Assembly (NCBI GenBank): GCA_000993115.1
Contig: LBVN01000007.1
Span: 3,587 to 67,586 of the forward strand
Length of the DNA: 64,000 nucleotides
Direction of reading: 5' to 3'
From: Candidatus Woesebacteria bacterium GW2011_GWB1_38_8b
GTDB taxonomy: Bacteria; Patescibacteriota; Microgenomatia; UBA8517
The notes under the pieces are model-generated. The model saw nothing but the letters and a program-made list of their open reading frames with translations. It did no database searches and was not told the DNA's origin. Each line of letters starts with the position of its first letter. The first letter of the stretch is position 1. This document shows, piece by piece, positions 17,287-27,474 of the stretch. The position numbers were made by a program, and so were the translations under genes.

Positions 17287-18767
17287 ACCCAACCCAATTT
17301 TCCAGTGTGTGAAGTTACATTATTTCTATCAAGCTTGTCGCCAATTTCAGTATATTTATCTAAAGTATCCTGAATTATATTTTTAATATTAATTACTTCT
17401 TCATCTGATGAAGCTTCAACACGAACTGTCAGGTATGGTGAAGTGTTTGATGCTCTGCATAACGCCCAGCTTGTCGGAGAAAATACTACTCTTGCACCAT
17501 CGATATCAATTACCTTGTTGGTTTTAGAAAAACTATCTTTTATTTCTTCAACTACTTTTTGTTTTATATCGTCTGCACAAGGAAGCTTTATTTCAGGTGT
17601 CATAGAAGTTATTGGAAATTCAGACATAAGCTCAGATAACTTTTTATTTTGATTTGAAATTAAAGTTAAAACTTTGGCTGCTGAATAGACACCATCGTCA
17701 ATTTTAAAGTAGTCTTCAGCCCAATAAAAGTGACCTGATATTTCGCCCGCAAAAATTACCTCAGCATCTTTTCTCATAGTAGCCTTAATCGGTGCATGAC
17801 CGGTAACATGCATGTAGGGTATTCCACCATATTTCGGAATTAAATCCTCAAGAAGTCTTGTGCATTTGACATCATACAAAATCTTTTTACCGGGATTTCT
17901 GGAAAGGATGTCTTTAGACAAAAGAAGTAGCATCCGATCCGCATAAACAAACTCACCTTTTTCATCTACACATCCAAATCTGTCACCGTCCGCGTCTAGT
18001 CCAATCCCGATGTCTGCCTTTTCTTCAATTACTTTTTTCGACAATTCTTTCATCGCGTCAACATCTTCCGGATCAGGAACATGATTTGGAAATGTTGCGT
18101 CTACTTCAGAATACATTTCGACGACTTCACAACCCAACTTCCGAAGAATACTGGGAGCGAACATTCCTGCACTACCATTACCGCAATCAAGTACTATTTT
18201 CAATTTACGGTTTAGTTTATTGTGTGTTAATAAATAATTTGTATATTCATCTATAACGCTCTTGTTGTTTAATTTTCCAGGCGAATCAATCGTATACTCG
18301 TCGCGACTGATAATATTTTTCATATCTTGAATTTCAGTACCAAATATTGGAAATACATTTTTAGCCATAATCTTAAAACCGTTGAAGAAATATACGTTAT
18401 GACTTCCGGTTACGTTTACTCCGCCATCGTAATCAAAAAAGGCAGTTGAAAAATAAATTATTGGTGTTAATGAAACTCCGGCATCATCAACGTCACACCC
18501 TGTAGTTAAAATACCATTTATAAAATATTCCTTAAGTTCCTTTCCAAACTGTCTCTCTTCGTGTCCAATAATTATCTTTTTACCACCCTTTTGCCTTATT
18601 TTGGTGCCGTATGCTTTACCAAGAGCGGTTGCAATTTCTGGAGTGATTGTGATTCCGGGAAATTTTCCGTACCACTTCTCATATTCTTTTAAGGCTTTGT
18701 CAGAAAACTTTTCTCCCGCGATGCCTCTTATATCGTACTCTCTGAAAATTGAAGGGCTAACATTCAT
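17283..18767 (-). CDS. Phosphomannomutase/phosphoglucomutase
   Basis: FREYDIRG, TGSHN, DADGDR, GEISGH, RASNT. Confidence 0.95.
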   Translation of the reverse strand: MNVSPSIFREYDIRGIAGEKFSDKALKEYEKWYGKFPGITITPEIATALGKAYGTKIRQKGGKKIIIGHEERQFGKELKEYFINGILTTGCDVDDAGVSLTPIIYFSTAFFDYDGGVNVTGSHNVYFFNGFKIMAKNVFPIFGTEIQDMKNIISRDEYTIDSPGKLNNKSVIDEYTNYLLTHNKLNRKLKIVLDCGNGSAGMFAPSILRKLGCEVVEMYSEVDATFPNHVPDPEDVDAMKELSKKVIEEKADIGIGLDADGDRFGCVDEKGEFVYADRMLLLLSKDILSRNPGKKILYDVKCTRLLEDLIPKYGGIPYMHVTGHAPIKATMRKDAEVIFAGEISGHFYWAEDYFKIDDGVYSAAKVLTLISNQNKKLSELMSEFPITSMTPEIKLPCADDIKQKVVEEIKDSFSKTNKVIDIDGARVVFSPTSWALCRASNTSPYLTVRVEASSDEEVINIKNIIQDTLDKYTEIGDKLDRNNVTSHTGKLGWV

Positions 18768-18777
18768 ACTTCGAAAT

Positions 18778-19394
18778 TCATTCTAACTGTGTGGCGATAA
18801 AGAAATCAAGAAGGGATCTTAAATCGCCCTTGCCGGTTTTTGCTTCAACATCAAGCTCTGATAATTTTTCTACCATAGCTTTAATATCATTTTCAGAGAA
18901 ACCTTCAGCTTGTGATTGTAGTCGCGAATAAATCGCTGAGATAGTAAATGAAAAACAAGTTCAACAGGTTCAACTTTTACAACCTCGTTTAAAAGATCCA
19001 TGGCATTTTTCGCATTTTTAGATTTTAGCGAATCCAAAAACTTCCATATTATTTTCGGTAAAGTGTAACTCTCAATTTTTAAGTCTTTTCCAAAATATTT
19101 TATTTTTGAAGCAGGAACTGCATTCTCGGTAATTACACATAGAACTAAATTATCATGGGTCAAGTTTTTATTTATAGAATCAAGATCTTTATTGGATAAA
19201 AGTGATAATTTTTCGATAAGTATAAACTTCTTGTTGAGAAAAAGATCATCAGCTCGGAGTTCGTTATCGATTTTTGTTGGTGAGTCTGATATTTTTGAAA
19301 TAATGTAGGATTTTTCCTTCGCGCTGTCGATAAGCTTTTTAATTCTTAAACTGACTTTTTCCGAATCATCGCCAGTTATTAAAATTACTTTCAT
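18778..19394 (-). CDS. holA: Probable DNA polymerase III delta subunit (short), frameshifted near 18925
   Basis: ILITGDD N-terminus, IWKFLDSL; continuation SRLQSQAEGFSE..LSELDVEAKTGKGDLRSLLDFFI in another frame to stop at 18778. Confidence 0.65.
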
Positions 19395-19787
19395 TTAACT
19401 CAATTTTGAAAATATGCTTGTAACTTTATCATGAAAATTTCTTTTTCCGCGTTTTTTAATATGCGGGATTAGGCTTCCTGAAAAATTTTTAGGAATATGG
19501 CTTAATTCGTGTGATAAGATTTCCTTTTTGTGACTAATATCTAAATTATCAAATCTTTCGGAAATTACTTCAATTATATATGACGGCTTAATTTTGAGTG
19601 CCTGCTGCCAAACACGACCCAATCCCCAAATCCGAGCATAAGCTCTCGCTTTTGAATTATATGATCGGAAATAATAAATATCGGCTTTAATTACCCAAGA
19701 AACTTTAGCTTCGACAATTATATTTTCGGTTAATTTTTTGATATCAGAAGCATTTTCCCAAACAACAGGTTTATTTTTTTTACGCAT
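19395..19787 (-). CDS. Putative small metallopeptidase
   Basis: AYARIWGL..YIIEVISE.F..ILSHELSHIP (HExxH). Confidence 0.8.
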   Translation of the reverse strand: MRKKNKPVVWENASDIKKLTENIIVEAKVSWVIKADIYYFRSYNSKARAYARIWGLGRVWQQALKIKPSYIIEVISERFDNLDISHKKEILSHELSHIPKNFSGSLIPHIKKRGKRNFHDKVTSIFSKLS

Positions 19788-19839
19788 AATAAAGGCTATT
19801 TAATGAAGTATCAGTATACAATATAATTTTTAAAGTATA

Positions 19840-20094
19840 TTAACTTACTTTAAAAACCTCTGCACCTTCTTTTACAGGCTCATCAACCTTAAGTCCGACA
19901 ATGTCTCCTTTTTTTGCAGATTCTATTTTCTGATGTTCAACTTGGATGGAATCTACATTTTGCTCAAATAAAGTTTCACCGCCTCTTTCAAATTTGATTT
20001 TTTCTCCGACCGAAAGATCCCCAGTGAGTTCGATTATTGCAACACCAATTTTGTCAAAATAGTGGGTAACATTTCCAACCTTAAAATTTGCCAT
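19840..20094 (-). CDS. Small translation-factor/peptidase U32 C-terminal-like beta-barrel protein
   Basis: VGNVTHYFDKIGVA..SIQVEH..AKKGDIVGLKV; SD-like AAGGGGGTGAT upstream. Confidence 0.75.
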   Translation of the reverse strand: MANFKVGNVTHYFDKIGVAIIELTGDLSVGEKIKFERGGETLFEQNVDSIQVEHQKIESAKKGDIVGLKVDEPVKEGAEVFKVS

Positions 20095-20129
20095 CGATTA
20101 TCACCCCCTTACAATAAAATATTACGCTC

Positions 20130-20636
20130 TTATTTTATCACGATACCGGCAGATTGTATCGCATGCGTCATTGCAATAGCCAAGGCATCGGCAGCGTTAT
20201 CAAAATGAGTTTTTTTATGTTTTTCACTTTTAATTTTATTACCTAAAAGCCTTCTGACAGCTTTTTGAACTTCTTTTTTATTTGCCCTTCCGCTTCCCGT
20301 AATTACTTTCTTTATCGTACCTGGTGCATATTCAACAACTTTTATTTTCATGGTTGATGCTGCAAGTAACATTACTCCTTGTGCCTGACCAACCGCTATT
20401 GCGGTTTTAGCATTAGTTGCAAAAAATATTTTTTCGATTACAAAAAGATCAGGTGAATATTTTTTAATAATCGTCAAAGTCTCTTCATAAATTACCTGAA
20501 GCCGGTTTTCCTTAAATCCATTTTTATCAGTCTCTATTAACCCCCATTTAATTACACTTGAGTCTCCATTATCGTTAATTTCAAGAAGTCCGTAACCCGT
20601 AGTTGCAGTTCCGGGGTCAATTCCGAGGATGATCAT
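20130..20636 (-). CDS. ruvC: Holliday junction resolvase
   Basis: ILGIDPG, IEKIFF, QAQG, DNAADALAIA. Confidence 0.96.
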   Translation of the reverse strand: MIILGIDPGTATTGYGLLEINDNGDSSVIKWGLIETDKNGFKENRLQVIYEETLTIIKKYSPDLFVIEKIFFATNAKTAIAVGQAQGVMLLAASTMKIKVVEYAPGTIKKVITGSGRANKKEVQKAVRRLLGNKIKSEKHKKTHFDNAADALAIAMTHAIQSAGIVIK

Positions 20637-20662
20637 GAAAAGAGTATAACACCAATTTGCTC

Positions 20663-21355
20663 TTAGTAACTTACGAAGTAATTTATTTTATATTGAGCCT
20701 TCAGGTCAGTTAGATATTTTTCAATTTCTGTCTGAAATATTTGAGATTTTAACTGGGACTCTATTTGGGCTTTTAAATCTTCGTATTTTGCAGTTTTATC
20801 AAAAGTATCTTTGTTTTCGTCATAATACTTTCTGACATCATCCTCCGTAACTGCTGTCTTATCAGCCAAAAGAAGTTCCGCCGACTTTTGGAGTTTGATA
20901 TTTGCCTTCAAGTCATTCATAGTCTGACCTTGTGTGGTAAGTGCCGCTTCCAAGGTTGTACCTTGTGCCTCTAACCCCTTTTTAATTTCGTCAATCTGTT
21001 TTTGAACATCTTCATCAGAAACTGTAATGTTTTTCTTCTTAACCTCCTGATTTATAAGCTCTTTTGTAACTATATTTTCCAACACTCTTTTACCGGATTC
21101 CTTTTCCAACTCTCTTATAATTTGAAATCTTGTAATTGGAAAGCCACCTACTGTCGCTACCACAAAAAGACCTCTTGCAAGATAAATTCCTCCTGCTAAA
21201 ACCAACAAAAGAAGTATAACAAGGTATTTTCTACTTAATTTTAATTTTGAAGTTTTCAAATTAGTACTCTTTACTTCATCAAAACCCACCGGTTTGACCA
21301 GAATTTTTGATGCAGTTTTTTTAACCACGCTCTTTTTAGATTTAGTTGTTGCCAT
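20663..21355 (-). CDS. SurA N-terminal / PrsA-like membrane-anchored chaperone
   Basis: TM then VATVGGFPITR..VLENIVTKELINQE..ITVSDEDV. Confidence 0.8.
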   Translation of the reverse strand: MATTKSKKSVVKKTASKILVKPVGFDEVKSTNLKTSKLKLSRKYLVILLLLVLAGGIYLARGLFVVATVGGFPITRFQIIRELEKESGKRVLENIVTKELINQEVKKKNITVSDEDVQKQIDEIKKGLEAQGTTLEAALTTQGQTMNDLKANIKLQKSAELLLADKTAVTEDDVRKYYDENKDTFDKTAKYEDLKAQIESQLKSQIFQTEIEKYLTDLKAQYKINYFVSY

Positions 21356-21555
21356 TAAAATAAGGTTTTGAAGATTATATATAACAAGATAGTCAAAAGT
21401 AAAGAGGAACTTATTGGGAAGTAAATATGAAGACCTTGTTTTTCAATATAAATATCACCGGGTAAGATTATTTCAAATTTCCCTTTAATCCTAATTGCAT
21501 AAATAAAAGCCGTCGAAATTATATAGCAAAGTAGAAAAAGTTTAAAAGGACTCAT
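21355..21555 (-). CDS. DUF2905-like small membrane protein
   Basis: LPGDIYIEK..IYFPISSSLLL. Confidence 0.75.
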   Translation of the reverse strand: MSPFKLFLLCYIISTAFIYAIRIKGKFEIILPGDIYIEKQGLHIYFPISSSLLLTILLYIIFKTLF

Positions 21556-21644
21556 GTCTATAATATTTCAAAACTTGTAAAAAATGTAAAGACGCAAAAA
21601 ATTAACTGTTGAAATGTTTATTAATTTAGGGCAATAATAGATGT

Positions 21645-22469
21645 ATGGAGGAACAGGAAGATATTCCAAATATTCCGGTGAACCCGGAGACGGTTGTTGA
21701 AAAAAAAGTTGAGACTCAGTCTGACTTGGGTCAGGTAATGCAAAATAACACCCCCGGTCCTCAATCTGTTATCTCATACAAGAAAAAGAAAGGTTTTATT
21801 GACTATTTTATTTATTTTGTTTCGATAGTTGCTTTTTTGGTTTGGGTAGCTGTAATAGCTCTATATTTTCTAAATAAAAACAAAAAAGAAGCAATTACTA
21901 ATGTAGACACTTCAGAAGTTACACCAGTCGTAACTTTAGTACCAGAAAAAAAATATAATATTACGACAAAAAACGGAAATGTTATTAATATCAATGAAAA
22001 AGGTGAAGAGGAAATTGTAGTAAAAAAAGAAGATTATGAATTTACAGGAATTTCAGGTTTTATAAAAGTATCAGTTGCCCCGAATAAGAAAAAGTTATGC
22101 TTCGAATCTTGGCCACCATCTCCACAACCAGCTCTTTATGTTTCGGATATAGAAGGTACTGGAGTATTAAAAGTAAATACAAACAGAAGAAATTGTTATT
22201 GGTCCGGTGACAGTTTAAAGCTGGTTTATAACGATGTTAAAAGTGAAAAAGAAGCCACTAATCTTTATGTTTATGATGTCGAAGCCGCCTCGGAGACTTT
22301 GCTTACTGTACATACTGCAACCGAATCAGCTAAGCCTAAGCTACACACCGCATTGGGTTGGAGCTCTGATAATAAAAAGGTGTTATGTCAATACTCTTAC
22401 CAAAAAACCCCTAAAGACGTAAGGGAATGTGAGGTTGACGTTGAATCAAAGTTTGTAAACTACTTTTAA
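21645..22469 (+). CDS. Single-TM protein with TolB-like beta-propeller repeats
   Basis: TM at aa ~53-76; WSGDSLKLVY, WSSDNKKVL repeats. Confidence 0.6.
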   Translation: MEEQEDIPNIPVNPETVVEKKVETQSDLGQVMQNNTPGPQSVISYKKKKGFIDYFIYFVSIVAFLVWVAVIALYFLNKNKKEAITNVDTSEVTPVVTLVPEKKYNITTKNGNVININEKGEEEIVVKKEDYEFTGISGFIKVSVAPNKKKLCFESWPPSPQPALYVSDIEGTGVLKVNTNRRNCYWSGDSLKLVYNDVKSEKEATNLYVYDVEAASETLLTVHTATESAKPKLHTALGWSSDNKKVLCQYSYQKTPKDVRECEVDVESKFVNYF

Positions 22470-22481
22470 AATATTTTCTTC

Positions 22482-23246
22482 ATGGTGAAATTTAAAATAA
22501 TATTTGTAATTTCACTTTTATTTTTATCTCTAAGCATAGGCTATTATTTATTTAATAATATTTCAACTAAAAATGTTAATATCGATCCATCGGCCTCTAA
22601 TACTCCAACTTTAAAAAACCCTTACGAAAATATATTCAATGGGTACGAGATTGATTGGATTGAGATAAGAAATTTAGAAAGTATAAATTTAAACTCTAAT
22701 TTGATTAAAAAACTTTCATCCGACGAAATTTATGAAAATAAAAAATGTAAATATTTAATCAGTGCCGGCTTTTATAACAAAAATGATGAACACATAGGTC
22801 TTTTTGTTGAACAGGGGAAATTAATCAGTGATTACATAAAAGACGATTTTTTTAATGGGTTTTTTTATTTAAAAGAAAATAAAGCGTATATTTCTTTAAA
22901 TAACCCAAAGAACCCAACCATCGCTTTACAATCAGGTCCGGTTTTAATGTTAAATAACAGATATTTAATTAATAATTTTGTTAACGAGGAATTTGCAAGA
23001 AGAATTTTAGTTGGATTATCAAATTCGGGAAGTGTTATTTTTATAACAATATTTGCAGAGAATAAAATAAACGGTCCAAAACTTTCTGAGATTCAAGGTT
23101 TGTTTGAAAAGTTGGAAGAAAAAACACAAATAAATATAGTTGATTTGATCAATCTTGATGGAGGTAGTCACTCTGCTTTTTTTTCTGATACTAATAAAAT
23201 AAGAGAACTTTCAACAATCGGAGGCTATTTTTGTATTTCCCGATAG
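22482..23246 (+). CDS. Exported phosphodiester glycosidase (NAGPA)-family protein
   Basis: ISAGFY, QSGPVL, ARRILVG, INLDGGSHS. Confidence 0.75.
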   Translation: MVKFKIIFVISLLFLSLSIGYYLFNNISTKNVNIDPSASNTPTLKNPYENIFNGYEIDWIEIRNLESINLNSNLIKKLSSDEIYENKKCKYLISAGFYNKNDEHIGLFVEQGKLISDYIKDDFFNGFFYLKENKAYISLNNPKNPTIALQSGPVLMLNNRYLINNFVNEEFARRILVGLSNSGSVIFITIFAENKINGPKLSEIQGLFEKLEEKTQINIVDLINLDGGSHSAFFSDTNKIRELSTIGGYFCISR

Positions 23247-23247
23247 G

Positions 23248-23613
23248 TTAAGATAACCCCACATTTTTTATATGATTCAAGGAAATATTACCCTGGTTCC
23301 CGGAAATTGCAATTACATCAATTCTAATTTTATTTTTACCTTCATTTAAACCGTGACTATATAAATAATAATCAATCGTTTTTATAATTCTTTTTAATTT
23401 CGTTTTTGTAATAGCTTCCTCCGGAGTACCAAATTTACTATTGATTCTTTTCTTAACTTCTATAAACACCAATGAGTTACCGTCTTTTGCAATGATATCG
23501 ATTTCTCCGAATTTACCTCTAAAATTTTTATCTATTATTTTATAGCCAAGACTACTGATAAATTTAGCAGCAATCAACTCACCTAGATCTCCACTAGCTT
23601 TAGAGGTAACCAT
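23248..23613 (-). CDS. yraN: YraN/UPF0102 nuclease-fold protein
   Basis: GEIDIIA..LVFIEVK..IRIDVIAI. Confidence 0.9.
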   Translation of the reverse strand: MVTSKASGDLGELIAAKFISSLGYKIIDKNFRGKFGEIDIIAKDGNSLVFIEVKKRINSKFGTPEEAITKTKLKRIIKTIDYYLYSHGLNEGKNKIRIDVIAISGNQGNISLNHIKNVGLS

Positions 23614-23639
23614 TCTTTAAATTATATAACTTTCAAAAC

Positions 23640-23984
23640 TTAGGAGCGTTTGGTGTTTCTTGAATTTATTTTATCTATCTCGCGTCTGGATTTGTCGCGA
23701 ACATAATATATTTTTGCGTGTTTCACTCCTTTGACATTACTTTTTACAACAACAATATTTGAAATTGTCGGAGTATTTAGTGGAAAAACTTTCTCAATTC
23801 CAACATTTTGTTCACCAATTTTTCTGACTGTAAAAGTTTTTACGGTAGGACTACCTTTTATGGCTATTACCATACCTTCAAAAATTTGGTTTCTGGTTTT
23901 TTCATGCTCCTTTATTGTCTGAAACACTTTAATTTTATCCCCGACTCCAAAGGTAATATCTTTATAAGTTAATGTAAGTGACAT
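23640..23984 (-). CDS. rplS: 50S ribosomal protein L19
   Basis: GDKIKV..RNQIFEGMVI..TFTVRK..GIEKVFP..AKIYYVR. Confidence 0.95.
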   Translation of the reverse strand: MSLTLTYKDITFGVGDKIKVFQTIKEHEKTRNQIFEGMVIAIKGSPTVKTFTVRKIGEQNVGIEKVFPLNTPTISNIVVVKSNVKGVKHAKIYYVRDKSRREIDKINSRNTKRS

Positions 23985-24031
23985 ACTAAGTGGCTATTTT
24001 ACACTAAAGTAGAACCAATATTCAACGACAA

Positions 24032-27000
24032 TTAATTTGCGAGGTTTTCTAATATTTGCTCGATAGAATGGGCCATCTGGGTGTCCCAATTAATTTTTAC
24101 GTTTAAATCGAGCTGTTTATTTATTTCTCCTTCAAAAACAAGGCAGACTTTATGATCACCCGGATTTTTTAATATCAATTCTTTAAGGCTGGATAATTTT
24201 TCCGTCCCAGTCCCTTTAGGGATTCTTATAAATAATTTATTATCTTCAGTAATTATTTCCTTTTCGTTTTTAATTGACTCAACTATAAGTGAAGGCTCTT
24301 CGTCACGAAAATCAATTTTTCCTGATAATAAATAAGGATTGCTGTCCGTAAGAATTTCTTTTGTTCCGCTAAAAATACTTGGGAAAATAACTACATTAAT
24401 TGTTCCTGTTTCATCCTGAAATTTTGCAAAAGCCATTTCTTGTCCGCTTTTTTTTGTAATAATTACCCTCAAATCATTAATTATACCGGCGATGTTTACT
24501 TCCATTCCTTCTGATCCTGTTATGTGATTATCAAATATATCGCTTATTTTAAAGTTGGATAATTTATTAATGTTTTTCAGGATTTCACCGTTTGGATTTC
24601 TTCGTCGGTAAACTCGTCGATATCCTGACCCATCAAATTGTCAAACTTTAAAGAAGTTGAGTTTAAATCTGAAAGTGAAAACAGTTCATTTTGGTTTTCA
24701 TTTTTGAGAGCTTTACCTGAATATTTTTTATACTCCTCAACCACTTTCAGAAGTTGTGATCTTTTACCAAAGTCCGATAAAGCACCTACTTTGATTAAAC
24801 TTTCCAAAACCTTTTTGTTTACCCTTCTTCCATCTACTCTTTCCAAGAAGTCCAGGAAATTCTTAAATTTCTCTTTATTTCGTTCAGTTAATATAGCATC
24901 TATTGCAGCATTCCCTACGTTTTTAATAGCGCTTAAACCAAAGCGAATCCCTTTTTTATGACTTGAATCAACAGTTTCTTCAATATCAAACCCAACAGAA
25001 CTTTTATTAATATCGGGTGATAAAACTTTTACGTCCATTCTTCGGCATTCATTTATGGCTTCGGTAATTTTATCAGTGTCATTGCTTTCTGCAGTCAAAA
25101 GCGCACACATGTACTCAACAGGATAGTTCGCCTTCATATAGGCGGTTTGGTACGCGACTAACCCGTAACTTGCAGCATGTGCTTTATTAAAGCCGTAAGA
25201 TTGAAAAGGTTCAAATAATTTCCATAGATCTTCTGCAAATTTCCCGGTTTGTCCATTGTCAACTATACCTTTTATGAATTTTTCTTTCTGCGCCGCCATT
25301 TCTTCGGGAATTTTTTTACCTACCGCTTTTCTGAATTTGTCAGCTTCTTCCCAGGAATAACCTGCCAAATCAAGTGCACAGAACAATAGATCGTCCTGAT
25401 AAACTAAAAGACCGTACGAAGCTCCTAAGAATTTTTCCATTCTCTTGTCTAAAAATTTTACGAGAGTTGGATCGTGCTTTCTTTTGATGTACTCAGGGAT
25501 TTGTTGAATAGGCCCGGGGCGATAAAGCGCTACCATTGCCATTAAATCTTCAATTCGGGTTGGTTTTAACTCTTTTAAAAATTTTGTCATGCCTGAGCCT
25601 CCCAATTGAAAAGTGCCCATTGTTTCTCCTCGAGCTAGCATCTCATATGTTTTTTTATCGTCAAGGGGAATGTCATTAATTTTTATTTTTGTCCCGTACC
25701 TTTCTTCAACAATTTTTATGGCAGCCCCCAAAATAGATAAATTCCGGATTCCTAAAATATCAAATTTAATTAGTCCAACATCTTCACAGGTATGGAATTC
25801 ATATTGAGTAATAATTTTGTCGCCTGATGGCTCAAGCTGTACTGGAGAATAATCGGTAATTTCAGTGGGTGCAACCACAACTCCTGCTGCGTGTACCGAG
25901 AGATGTCTTGCCGATCCTTCAAGCTGTATAGCTAAGTCTAAAATCTTTTTAACATCAGCATCACTTTTATACATATCGTTTAGTTCGCTAACTTCTTCCA
26001 GAGCTTTCGGAACTGTAATAGGGAAACCCTGTTTTGGCGGAGGGATGAGTTTTGCTACCTTGTCTCCTGTTGCATATGGATATCCTAAAACACGTGCCAC
26101 ATCACGTACAGCCGCTCGGGATAGCATCCTTCCGAATGTACAAATTTGTGCGACCTTGTCATGGCCGTATTTATCGGAAATATATTTTATGATTTCTTCT
26201 CGTCTGTCGTCGGCCACGTCGAAGTCAATATCCGGAGGAGAGGGTCTGTAAGGATTTAAAAAACGCTCAAACGGTAAATAATACAAAAGTGGATTTATTG
26301 TGGTTATTCCTAAAACAAAAGAGACGAGTGAGCCTGCCGCAGAACCCCTTGTATTTGTAATAATCCCCTGTTCGTTGCTCCACCTTGCGAGATCCATAAC
26401 AATTAAAAAATATGGCGAGTAACCCTTTTGGCAAATTATATCTAGTTCGTAATTTAATCTTTCTTCTTCTTCTTTGCCTGATTTAGGAATTATAATTTTT
26501 AAGTTTTCGTGTGAAAGTCTTCTTAATTCCTCATCGGGTGTTTTCCCTTTGGGCAAACTGAATTTAGGAAAAAACCATTTGCCTAAAGTAATTTCCAGTT
26601 CGCACTTTTGGGCTATCTTTACGCTGTTTTCTATTGCATCCGGGATATCAGAAAATATTTTCTGCATTTCATCGGGTGTTTTTAAATAAAAGTCCGGATT
26701 ATCTATATATCGTAAGCGCTTTATGTCGCCTACGTTTTTCCCTGTTGCAATGCAAACCAAAGCATCCTGAGCAGGAGCGTCTTCCTTTTTAATATAATGA
26801 GCATCGTTTGTTGCTACTAATGGAATACCGAATTCACGGCTTAATTTAATCACTCCATCTTCATACTTTTTACAATTATCAGCAACTCTCTCGAGATCAG
26901 ATTTTAATTCAGGAATTTTTATATCTGGTAATATACTCTCGTAATTATGCCGTTGTATTTCCATATAAAAATCGTCTTTAAAAACATCTAAATAAAACTC

Positions 27001-27465
27001 TGCCAACTTTGATGCTTCCAGGTAGTTTTCATTTATAAGGCTTTGCGGTATTTGAGCGGCTGGACATCCTGAAAGACAAATTAAGCCTTCACTGTATTTT
27101 TTAAGGATTTCGTTGGTAAAGCGAGGTCTGTAATAAAATCCTTCAATATGTGCAATCGATGTAAGTTTCATCAGGTTTTTATATCCGGCTATATTTTTTG
27201 CTAAGAGAGTGAGGTGATAGTTGTCTTTAACCTTTTCGGTAAGAGACGTTGTTACATATCCTTCAAGTCCAATAATTGGCTTTATTCCTTGTTTAATCCC
27301 TTCTTTGTAGAACTCTATTGCACCATACAACTCTCCATGGTCAGTGATTGCAACGGCATCCATATTGTTTTCACCAATATGCTTAAAAAGCTTTTTTATA
27401 TTGCTTAAGCCGTCAAGAAGAGAATACTCAGTATGAACGTGAAGATGTACAAATTTTGCGGACAT
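24032..27465 (-). CDS. dnaE: DNA polymerase III alpha subunit; frameshift near 24590 separates the OB-fold C-terminus
   Basis: HLHVHTEYSLLDG, RGSAAGS, PDIDFD, FNKAHA; downstream frame GEILKN..ITKKSGQEMAFAKFQDETG. Confidence 0.95.
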
Positions 27466-27474
27466 AGGAAAAAA

